From positions 1 through 46,850 of the forward strand of contig JBBIMI010000004.1 in the NCBI GenBank assembly GCA_037444485.1: 46,850 nucleotides of DNA, given 5' to 3'. Made by a program: the position numbers and the translations under genes. The notes below the pieces were generated by a model, which did not search any database, was not told where the DNA came from, and was given only the letters and a program-made list of their open reading frames with translations. Shown here one piece after another: positions 25,588 to 33,628 of this stretch. The first letter of the stretch is position 1, and every line of letters begins with the position of its first letter. Source of the DNA: Candidatus Micrarchaeota archaeon. GTDB taxonomy: Archaea > Micrarchaeota > Micrarchaeia > Norongarragalinales > Norongarragalinaceae.

Positions 25588-26331
25588 TCAGTTCCTTCCG
25601 CCATACTTTCTCAAGTGCTTTATTTTCCCCAGCCGCAAGCCACTCAAGGAAAACGCGGTTGCGTTGTTCAAGTCGAACAAGTTGTTTGCGAAAAACGGTC
25701 CTAAAAGCCTTTCTCCAGAATTCGCTGACGCGCTACCCACAATCGCATTGAATGCGGGAAACCACACCACGCGCTGCTTGCGCGTTCCAAACTTTTTGCT
25801 CGCCTTCATCTCGCCGATTATCCACGCGCGCTGGCTCCACGCGCCAGTCTTTTCGCGGAATCTGATTGCGGGGTGCTGGTGTCCGAAGCACAGCGTGTCT
25901 GCAGCCAATACTTCGCTGGACGGCCAAGCGTGACCGTGACACAAACCGATTTTTTTCTTTCCGTCACGCAAAACGATTCCCTGCGGTTGTTCGACTGAAA
26001 GCTTCGCAAAGCCGTAAGACTCGAGTTGCGAGTCGTGGTTGCCTTTAATCACGAGAACGCGCGGGCAGTCGAGCGCGTCGAGGAACTCGCCGACCAAACG
26101 CTTTTCCCGTTCTTCAAAACCATAAACGTCGTGCTTGAAATCGCCGAGCACTACGACTTCATTCGCGTCGAATTCCGCGAGCAACGCGTTGAGCTTGCGC
26201 GCCAAACGCTTGTGCTGCAGTGGAAGCATTATCTTGTTTTCGCGCGCTTCGAACTCGATTCCCAAATGCAGGTCGGAAATCACGATGCGATTGCCTATGA
26301 CAGCAGCCGGTTCACCGAAAACGAATTTCAC
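25588..26331 (-). CDS. Calcineurin-like metallophosphoesterase (archaeal COG1407/ICC-like type)
   Basis: ISDLHLG, LGDFKH, KGNHD, HGH, FGHQHP, PAFN. Start uncertain (26331 or 26355). Confidence 0.88.
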   Translation of the reverse strand: MKFVFGEPAAVIGNRIVISDLHLGIEFEARENKIMLPLQHKRLARKLNALLAEFDANEVVVLGDFKHDVYGFEEREKRLVGEFLDALDCPRVLVIKGNHDSQLESYGFAKLSVEQPQGIVLRDGKKKIGLCHGHAWPSSEVLAADTLCFGHQHPAIRFREKTGAWSQRAWIIGEMKASKKFGTRKQRVVWFPAFNAIVGSASANSGERLLGPFFANNLFDLNNATAFSLSGLRLGKIKHLRKYGGRN

Positions 26332-26630
26332 GAGTAACAAAAAGAAGCTCCTCAAATAAAAAACAAAATGTTTAATAAGCGCGCTCGCGAAAAACAGTGC
26401 GAGGTGTCAACATTCATGGGCGAATTTGAAACAGCTGGGAAAAAAAAGAAAACGAAGTCAAAGCGCGGCTGTTCCTGTTATTGAATTGATTCACGTTCTC
26501 GCGTTCGCATGGGCGTCGAACGACGTCAAACAATTAACTTGTTTTCCGTTTCGTTTACCGAGAGGTTTTTATCGTTCAACCAACTAAAACATGAGAAAAA
26601 ACGTGAGGGAAAACTTGGGAGGAATTCGAA

Positions 26631-28553
26631 ATGAAGATTCTGCAACTTCATTGCGATTACATTCAATTCAAGCCGAAAACCAAGGCGCTGAAAACCGCGC
26701 CCGAGCTCACTGAAGAAGAAAAGAAAGGCTTCAGGCTTGAAAACGTGGTGGTGCTCTTCACTTCATTTGAAGCTAGCGACGACGCGAGCGTGCTCGAGGA
26801 AGCAAAGCGGCAAGTAGAGAAAGACTACAAGGACGTGAAAGCCGAAAACATTTTAGTTTACCCGTACGCGCACTTGAGCGCAGACCTCGCTCCGCCGCAA
26901 AAAGCAGTCGAACTCTTGAATGCGTTCCTCCACAAAGTTCGAGAAATAAACCCGAACGCGAAGAAAGCGCCGTTCGGCTACTACAAGGAATTCGAGTTAA
27001 AATGCAAGGGCCACCCGCTCGCTGAATTAAGCAAAACCATTAACGCGGCGAAAATCGAGCGCGAGGCTGACGCGCTCGGCGCGAAGGAAGTCGTGGTCGA
27101 AGCAGCAGTCAAACAAAAGCCAGCTGTTGAAACAGCGTTAAGCGAATCACTCAAGAAAGAAGCAGTCATGAAAAGCAGGTTTTACATTCTCTCGCTGGAC
27201 GGCGAACTCACAGACGCGGACAACTTCGACTACAAGAATCACGAGTTGCTCAAGAAATTCGCTGATTACGAAATTCGTAAAGTCCGCGTTTACGCGCAAG
27301 AACCGCCACACATTAAACTCATGAAAGAACACAAGATTGCTGGTTACGAGCCAGCGAGCGACGCAGGCAACTTCCGCTGGCTGCCGAAAGGCAGGTTAAT
27401 GAAAAAACTCTTGGAACGCTACATAAGCGAAACATGCATTGATTACGGCGCTACTGAAGTTGAAACCCCACTCATGTACGACTACGAACACCCCGCGCTC
27501 AAAAAATATCTTAACCGTTTTCCAGCAAGACAATACGTCGTCAAAAGCGACGAGAAAGAATACTTTCTCCGCTTTGCAGCGTGCTTCGGTCAATTCCTCA
27601 TCGCACACGATTCGACGATTTCCTACAAAAACCTTCCACTCAAAATATACGAGTTGACGCGTTACTCGTTCAGACGCGAGCAAAGCGGCGAACTCGCCGG
27701 CTTAAAACGCGTCCGCGCGCTGACGATGCCGGACATGCACACTATTTGCGTTGACTTGAAGCAAGCGCGCGAAGAATTCGAACGCCAGTTTAACTTGTGC
27801 TACGATTGGCTAAGCGATTTCAACATTCCGTTCGAAGCAGGCTTTCGAATTCAAACCGATTTTTACAACGAAAACAAAGACTGGTACTCGCACTTGATAA
27901 AGAAATTCGGCAAGCCCGTGCTGGTAGAAATGTTTGACGAACGCTACGCTTACTTCATCACGAAATTCGAGTTCAACTTCGTTGACAACCTCGACAAGGC
28001 AAGCGCGTTAAGCACAGTACAAATCGACGTGGAAAACGCGGAAACTTACGACCTCGCTTTTACAGACGAGAAGGGCGCGCGCAAGCGCCCGCCGATTCTG
28101 CACGCGAGCATAAGCGGCAGCCTCGAACGCGTGATTTACGCGATTCTCGAAAACGAAGCGAGAAAAATCAAGGAAGGTAAAACACCTGAATTTCCCTTAT
28201 GGCTCTCACCAACTCAAGTACGCCTAGTGCCAGTAAGCGACAAGCAAAACGCTTACTGCGAGAAACTCCTTGCAGAATTCGAAAAACGCAGCGTGCGCGT
28301 GGATTTCGACGACCGCAATGAAACCCTGCAAAGCAAAATACGCGACGCGGAACGCGAGTGGATTCCATTCATTGCAGTAGTAGGCGAAAAGGAAGAGAAA
28401 AACAGCGTGCTTTCAGTGCGCGTGCGTTCAAAAGGAACACGAGAAACAATCGAACCCAGCAAGCTTGCTGACGCGGTTGAAAAACAAACTGCTGGAAAAC
28501 CATTCGAAAAACTACCCTTGTCAAACCACTTAAGCAAGAGACCAGCATTCTAA
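26631..28553 (+). CDS. thrS: Threonine--tRNA ligase, archaeal type with N-terminal editing domain
   Basis: MKILQLHCDY, VYPYAHLS, APFGYYKEFELKCKGHPLAELS, FAACFGQF, MPDMHT, LHASISGSLER, WLSPTQVR. Confidence 0.96.
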   Translation: MKILQLHCDYIQFKPKTKALKTAPELTEEEKKGFRLENVVVLFTSFEASDDASVLEEAKRQVEKDYKDVKAENILVYPYAHLSADLAPPQKAVELLNAFLHKVREINPNAKKAPFGYYKEFELKCKGHPLAELSKTINAAKIEREADALGAKEVVVEAAVKQKPAVETALSESLKKEAVMKSRFYILSLDGELTDADNFDYKNHELLKKFADYEIRKVRVYAQEPPHIKLMKEHKIAGYEPASDAGNFRWLPKGRLMKKLLERYISETCIDYGATEVETPLMYDYEHPALKKYLNRFPARQYVVKSDEKEYFLRFAACFGQFLIAHDSTISYKNLPLKIYELTRYSFRREQSGELAGLKRVRALTMPDMHTICVDLKQAREEFERQFNLCYDWLSDFNIPFEAGFRIQTDFYNENKDWYSHLIKKFGKPVLVEMFDERYAYFITKFEFNFVDNLDKASALSTVQIDVENAETYDLAFTDEKGARKRPPILHASISGSLERVIYAILENEARKIKEGKTPEFPLWLSPTQVRLVPVSDKQNAYCEKLLAEFEKRSVRVDFDDRNETLQSKIRDAEREWIPFIAVVGEKEEKNSVLSVRVRSKGTRETIEPSKLADAVEKQTAGKPFEKLPLSNHLSKRPAF

Positions 28554-28734
28554 AATTCTAAAACATGAAACTCTAAAAACAGTTCCACCTATTCAACACC
28601 AACTTACTCGAGTTATTAATTATTCGAATCATTAAACAGTTTATACCGCAGTTTATTAATTTGTTTACCGCAGTTTATTAATTTGTTCGACGACTAACAA
28701 AATTGTTGGCGCGCTAAAACAAGGGCACGCGCCC

Positions 28735-28936
28735 GGGCCTGTAGCTCAGCCTGGATAGAGCGGCAAGCTTTTCTTTCTTGGAAAAAAGCTTTTTTCTTTT
28801 GGGAAAAGAAAAAACCTTGAAAAAAAGAAAACATTGAAAAAAACATTGAAAGAAAGAAACAAAAAAAATTGAAGAGAAAGAAGGGCACGCAAGCCTTCTA
28901 AGCTGACGGTCGAGGGTTCGAATCCCTTCAGGCCCG
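28735..28936 (+). tRNA. tRNA-Arg(TCT) with a 127-nt intron at position 29/30
   Basis: Acceptor GGGCCTG/CAGGCCC, D arm GCTC/GAGC, anticodon arm GCA|GC-CT TCT AA-GCTGA after removing 28766-28892, T arm GAGGG-TTCGAAT-CCCTT. No CCA. Confidence 0.88.
28766..28892 (+). other. tRNA-Arg intron (127 nt), homologous to the tRNA-Val intron
   Basis: 11-bp terminal stem GCTTTTCTTTC/GAAAGAAGGGC (two G-U), central helix GCGG/ACGC, bulges CA^A and AA^G. The first 66 nt match the Val intron at 64/66. Confidence 0.8.
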
Positions 28937-28955
28937 CTTCACAAAGGCGGTTTCG

Positions 28956-29453
28956 ATGACTGAAAACGAAAAACGCGGAAAAAAGTTGAAAGTCGGTTTT
29001 TTCTCGCTCACTTGCGATGAAGGCTGCATGATTGAAGTCCTAGAAATAATGAACAAAAAGTTTTTCGAGTGGAAAAACTTGCTTGAATTCAAACACTTCC
29101 GCCTCCTGCAAACGAAAAACATTGTTGAAGACATTGACGTCGCCTTCGTGGAAGGCGCGATTGCGACTTTCGAGGAAGAGAAAACAGTCAAGGAAATCCG
29201 CGCGAATTCAAAACGCGTCGTAGCGCTAGGCAGTTGCGCCATAAACGGCTCGCCCTCCAACCACAGAAATTTTTTCGACGCGAAAACTATTGCGGAAATA
29301 AAACCTATTCTAGAAAAATTCGGGCACCGCGAGAAAATCGTTCCACTTAACGAATTGATTAAAGTAGACGCTGAAGTGCCAGGCTGCCCGATTGCCGACG
29401 AAGAATTTATCAAAATCTTGAAAAACTACTTGAAAGAATTCGGAGTATGCTGA
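28956..29453 (+). CDS. [NiFe] hydrogenase small subunit, group 3b (delta)-like, short single-cluster form
   Basis: KVGFFSLTCDEGC, VAFVEGAI, VALGSCAING, VPGCP; ends at 165 aa with no medial/distal FeS domain. Confidence 0.85.
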   Translation: MTENEKRGKKLKVGFFSLTCDEGCMIEVLEIMNKKFFEWKNLLEFKHFRLLQTKNIVEDIDVAFVEGAIATFEEEKTVKEIRANSKRVVALGSCAINGSPSNHRNFFDAKTIAEIKPILEKFGHREKIVPLNELIKVDAEVPGCPIADEEFIKILKNYLKEFGVC

Positions 29454-29496
29454 ATCGAGTACACCAATAGAGTATGCTGAAGAGGGTTCACCGAAA

Positions 29497-30783
29497 ATGC
29501 ATGAAACCAACTTCGACATTGAAATAAGCAATTTGAGCAAAATCGAAGGACGCGCGAACCTGGAAGTCAAAGTGCGCGACAACGTGGTGGAAGACGTAAA
29601 GCTGAAAATCAGCGAAAACAAGCGCTTCTACACGCGCGCGGTAGTCGGCAAGCCTGCATTGAGCGTTCCCAGCGTGGTCGCCCGCATTTGCGGCACTTGC
29701 AGCATCGCCCACTTGACCGCGTGCATCAAGGCAGTTGAAGACGCTTTCACAATCACGCCAAGCGAACAAACCATCGCGCTCCGCAAGCTTGCTTTGGACG
29801 GTTTGATGATTCGAGACCACGCGATGCACTTGTACTTGTTCAGCTTGCCCGACATTTTCGGGAAAGACTCAGTGCTCGAGTTCGAGGGACCGCTCGAAAA
29901 GTGGGTGCGGCAGGCGTTCAAAGTAAAAAGCGCCGGCAACGCGTTGTGCACGACCATCGCCGGCAAGGCCGTGCACCCGCCTTACGAAGTCGTCGGCAGC
30001 TTCTCGAGAATCCCGGACGCTGAGAGCGTAAAGAAAACAATCGCTGAATTAAAAGAATGCAGGAGCGATGTGCTAGAGTTGATTCAAGCTTTTCACGCGT
30101 CAGACTATTCCTTCGCTAAGAAAACATTCTTCGTCTCGCTCGTAAACAACGACTTCAACTTTCTCGACGGCGAGTTGGAAAGCACTAGCGGAATATGCAT
30201 TCCCAAAAACGCTTTTTTCAAGTACTTTAAGAGAATCGTGATTCCCTATTCGCAAGCAACCGGATTCACGTTCGAAGGCCAAGGCTACAGAGTTGGTGCC
30301 TTGTCGCGCTTGAACTTAAACAAGAAAAGCCTGCATAAGAACACGCGTAAAGACGCGGCCAAGTTCCTCAAAAACTTTCCTTCGTACAACATTTTCGACA
30401 ACAACCTCGCACAAGCAATCGAAATGCTGCACTGCATCGACTCCAGCGTCGAAAAACTCGAGTCGCTCGACTTCAAGGAAGAACCGCGCGCCGAAGCCCG
30501 CCCGAAGAAAGGAACCGGCATCGGCGTAATCGAAGCGCCGCGAGGCACGCTTTACTACGCGCTTTCCACCACGCAAGACGGCAAAATCGCCGAGGCGGAT
30601 TTGGTGATTCCCACTCAACAAAACCAAGTTAATATGGAGAAGGACATTGCCGAGCTCGTGAACGCGCTTTTGAAGAAAAAGGCTGACAGGCACCAGATTC
30701 AAATAGAAATCGAGCACTTGATTCGCGCTTACGACCCGTGCATGAGTTGCGCCTCGCATTTCCTCAAAATAAAGTGGCTTTGA
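29497..30783 (+). CDS. [NiFe] hydrogenase large subunit, group 3b (alpha)-like
   Basis: KIEG, L1 RICGTCSIAH, EAPRGTL, L2 RAYDPCMSCASH followed by a cleavable tail FLKIKWL. Confidence 0.93.
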   Translation: MHETNFDIEISNLSKIEGRANLEVKVRDNVVEDVKLKISENKRFYTRAVVGKPALSVPSVVARICGTCSIAHLTACIKAVEDAFTITPSEQTIALRKLALDGLMIRDHAMHLYLFSLPDIFGKDSVLEFEGPLEKWVRQAFKVKSAGNALCTTIAGKAVHPPYEVVGSFSRIPDAESVKKTIAELKECRSDVLELIQAFHASDYSFAKKTFFVSLVNNDFNFLDGELESTSGICIPKNAFFKYFKRIVIPYSQATGFTFEGQGYRVGALSRLNLNKKSLHKNTRKDAAKFLKNFPSYNIFDNNLAQAIEMLHCIDSSVEKLESLDFKEEPRAEARPKKGTGIGVIEAPRGTLYYALSTTQDGKIAEADLVIPTQQNQVNMEKDIAELVNALLKKKADRHQIQIEIEHLIRAYDPCMSCASHFLKIKWL

Positions 30784-30785
30784 AG

Positions 30786-31272
30786 GTGGAAAGAAATATC
30801 GGGTGCAATAAGAAAATTAGGGCGTTCTAAAGAAGTTTACGGCGGGCTAGCAAAAGTTTTTCCAGAGCTTACCGAATTGCGCAAAAGAGAAGTTGCTGAG
30901 ATTAGAAAATTTCTTGAAAACGAGCACGTTGTTTTAGACGTTGGCTGCGGTTGGGGCAGAAAATAAAGAATTAGCGCCATTTTGCAAAAAAGTTGTCGGA
31001 ATAGATTTCGATGCAAAAGAAATAGAAGATGCGGAACAACGCCTTAAAGGCGTTCCGAATGTAGAATTATTCGCGAAAAACGCGGAAAAACTCGTTTTCC
31101 CGATGAAACCTTTGACGTTATAATCTCTACTTGGAACACTTTCGGGAATTTCGGAAAGAATAAAGAAATTGTTTTAAAGGAAATGAAGCGATTGATTAAA
31201 AAAAGAGGAAGGATTTTGCTTAGCGTATACTCGAAGGGCAGCGAACGACAAAGGCGGCCCCGCGGACATTAA
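30786..31272 (+). pseudogene. Class I SAM-dependent methyltransferase pseudogene
   Basis: VLDVGCGWGR / KKVVGIDFD...NAEKLVF / PDETFDVII...LKEMKRLIKKRGRILL lie in three successive frames; frameshifts near 30960 and 31100; no in-frame start. Confidence 0.85.
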
Positions 31273-31281
31273 GGCAAATCA

Positions 31282-31674
31282 TCAAAAAATTGTTTTAAAC
31301 AATGCCTTTAACTCGCGGAATGTTTTTTCTTCGCCAGCGTTTTTCGGAACGCAGAAAATCACTACCGAATCCACTAGTCCGGCTTTTTTCAAGAGCTTGA
31401 GGTAGTGGGCCAAGCCGAAGTCGTGCAACGAAAAAAGCTTTCTAGCCTCCAGCCCTTCGACCGACTTCGCGACTACCGTTTTTTTGATTCCATCGGCAGA
31501 GTCCAGAATAAGCAGGTTTCTGCCTTCCTTCTCTAAGTCTTCAACAGAATCTATTTCCTTAAACTCGATTTCCGGAAACTCTGCACGCAAGCGCGGCAGC
31601 AACCGCAACGGCAGCGAGTCGAAACTAAGGAGCGGATTGCCGAAAACCAGCATTTTCCGTTTGGTTTTTTTCAT
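31282..31674 (-). CDS. Hydrogenase maturation endopeptidase (HycI/HyaD-like)
   Basis: VFGNPLLSFDS, LILDSA, SLHDFGL, VIFCVP. Start is 31674 or 31653. Confidence 0.78.
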   Translation of the reverse strand: MKKTKRKMLVFGNPLLSFDSLPLRLLPRLRAEFPEIEFKEIDSVEDLEKEGRNLLILDSADGIKKTVVAKSVEGLEARKLFSLHDFGLAHYLKLLKKAGLVDSVVIFCVPKNAGEEKTFRELKALFKTIF

Positions 31675-31727
31675 TAGAACCACGCGAGGTTTATGTTTAT
31701 TAAACAACTTCAATTAAAACAAATATC

Positions 31728-32648
31728 ATGAAGCTTGAAAACAAGGGTGTTCTGTTCGCCCTTCTCACGGCGGTAGTGAGCGGAGTCAGCATTTTCGCCA
31801 ACAGCTTTGCGGTGAAAGGCATCGACGCGTTCGTTTTGACTACTTTCAGAAATCTTTCCGTCTCTTTTCTTCTCGTCGGGCTGATTGTGTTGCTGAAAGA
31901 GTGGAAGAGCGTAAAAGCGCTTTCGAGAAAAGATTGGGTGAAGCTCGCCGCGCTCGGACTCGTGGGCGGCAGCGTTCCGTTTCTCTTGTTTTTCTACGCG
32001 TTGACGCAGACCAGCGCGGTGAACGCGGGCTTCATTCACAAGACGATGTTCGTCTGGACTACGCTGCTTGCAGTTGTTTTTCTCAAGGAAAAACCCGGAA
32101 AAACATTCCTCGCAGCTGCAGGACTCTTGCTGGCGGGAAACCTATTACTTTCCCTAAATATTTCGAGCTTTACAACCGCGGACTTAATCGTTTTCGCGGC
32201 GGTATTGTTATGGAGCGTAGAAAACGTTTTCGCGAAAAGCATTTTGAACACGAGCGAGTTGAACGGACGAATTGTGGCATTCGGCAGAATGTTTTTCGGC
32301 GCGCTTTTCATGCTCGCTTTTCTCGCGGCTACGGGCGGCTTGGCGAAAGCCGCGGGTCTTTCGCTTCCGCAAGCCGGCTGGATTTTGTTGACGATGCCGT
32401 TGTTGTTCGGCTACGTCACATTTTGGTACTCTGGCCTCAAGACTATCGACGTTTCGCGCGCTACTGCGATTCTCATGCTCGGCCAGCCAATCACCGTGCT
32501 GCTTTCCGCAGCGGTTTTAGGGAGGATTTCGCTGGTTGAAATTGCCGCAAGCGCTTTAATCACGCTGGGCGTGATTCTCGCTGTCGAAAAGGCGTTATTC
32601 CAACAACTCTTGAAAGCAAGAGGCGCTTCACTTGCCGAAAAACGCTAG
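31728..32648 (+). CDS. EamA/DMT-family transporter
   Basis: Two ~140-aa hydrophobic repeats, 10 TM helices, LFFYALTQTSAVNAGFI, LKTIDVSRA. Confidence 0.9.
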   Translation: MKLENKGVLFALLTAVVSGVSIFANSFAVKGIDAFVLTTFRNLSVSFLLVGLIVLLKEWKSVKALSRKDWVKLAALGLVGGSVPFLLFFYALTQTSAVNAGFIHKTMFVWTTLLAVVFLKEKPGKTFLAAAGLLLAGNLLLSLNISSFTTADLIVFAAVLLWSVENVFAKSILNTSELNGRIVAFGRMFFGALFMLAFLAATGGLAKAAGLSLPQAGWILLTMPLLFGYVTFWYSGLKTIDVSRATAILMLGQPITVLLSAAVLGRISLVEIAASALITLGVILAVEKALFQQLLKARGASLAEKR

Positions 32649-33390
32649 AAGTAGGCTTGCGAGCGAATTCGAGGCGTTAACCTTCGCCTGCAAGTACTCA
32701 TTCATTACTAACAAGCTCGGCTACTGCGGACTGCCTGATTCTCACGAAAAATTCCGCGAGTTGGTCGAAGAAAAGAAAACGCGCGAAATCGCGGAAGTCA
32801 AAAAGCGACTTGAAAGCTTCTACGGCCTTTACGCCTACCTCAAACTCATCGCCCGCTGCAACCACCTCAAACCATTCGACTACAAAGTCATCGAAGCATA
32901 CTGGCTTGGAAACGAGCTGCTGCGAAAAGTCCCGCGGAAAGAAATCGCGAAAATGATTTTGCGCGACTTGAGCGCACCTGGCTTGCTGCCGCGCGCTAGG
33001 GCAAAGCTCGCAGCATCACGAATTCCGGAAAACTCCGTTCCACACCACTCGTTCCACGGGCTTTACGTCAAGTTCGTCACAAAAAAACTCAAGCCGACTC
33101 TTGAAAACACGGACTCCTGCCTAGTAAAATGGGGTAGGGTGACACGCGTCCGCGGCGCGCGCGTTGAAGTAGACGGCGTCAAGCTCGCTAAAAACGCGCG
33201 CGGGCTTTTTTACTTGAAGCGCGCAAAGCTAACGCTTTCGAAAGGCATTGGATTCAACGCTGGGAAAAGCGATTTGGTTTCAATCCACTGGAACACCGCA
33301 ATAGAGCGTTTAAGCAAAAGGCAAGCGCGAAACCTCGAGCATTACACGCTCGAAAACATTAAGGCAGTAAACAAGGCCCGAAAAAACTGA
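32632..33390 (+). CDS. DUF6390-like protein
   Basis: FACKYSFITNKLGYCG, FYGLYAYLKLIA, FDYKVIEAYWLGN, PHHSFH, DSCLVKWG, VSIHW. Confidence 0.75.
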   Translation: MPKNARSRLASEFEALTFACKYSFITNKLGYCGLPDSHEKFRELVEEKKTREIAEVKKRLESFYGLYAYLKLIARCNHLKPFDYKVIEAYWLGNELLRKVPRKEIAKMILRDLSAPGLLPRARAKLAASRIPENSVPHHSFHGLYVKFVTKKLKPTLENTDSCLVKWGRVTRVRGARVEVDGVKLAKNARGLFYLKRAKLTLSKGIGFNAGKSDLVSIHWNTAIERLSKRQARNLEHYTLENIKAVNKARKN

Positions 33391-33628
33391 AAAAAGCTTG
33401 AAAAGCGCGGCTCAAAAAAAAACGAGAAAACAAGCTTTTTTAAACGCTTTCTGACTATATTTATTCTGACTATATTTTATTTAGTTAGACAAAATTAGTC
33501 AAGAAAAAAGGTTGAAAAATAAATATAGCGGTAGCAGTCACAGTAAACCTATTGTTGCTAGCAGGCGTCTTGCCAATTTGCGCTCTGCGCGCTGCAGACG
33601 GCGCTGGCCTAGTTCGGCTTTCAGTGAA

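Noticed and set aside
26416-26484. 22-codon ORF behind a GAGGTG RBS upstream of thrS
   Set aside because: Could be a gene remnant or leader peptide, but it is not Thr-rich and no homology is recognisable.
28910-33400. Genomic island integrated at tRNA-Arg carrying the hydrogenase
   Set aside because: No integrase and no duplicated tRNA 3' end (att site) found in the window.
33540-33625. Riboswitch-like leader before the 33629 surface protein
   Set aside because: Only weak, interrupted pairing and no recognisable aptamer consensus.
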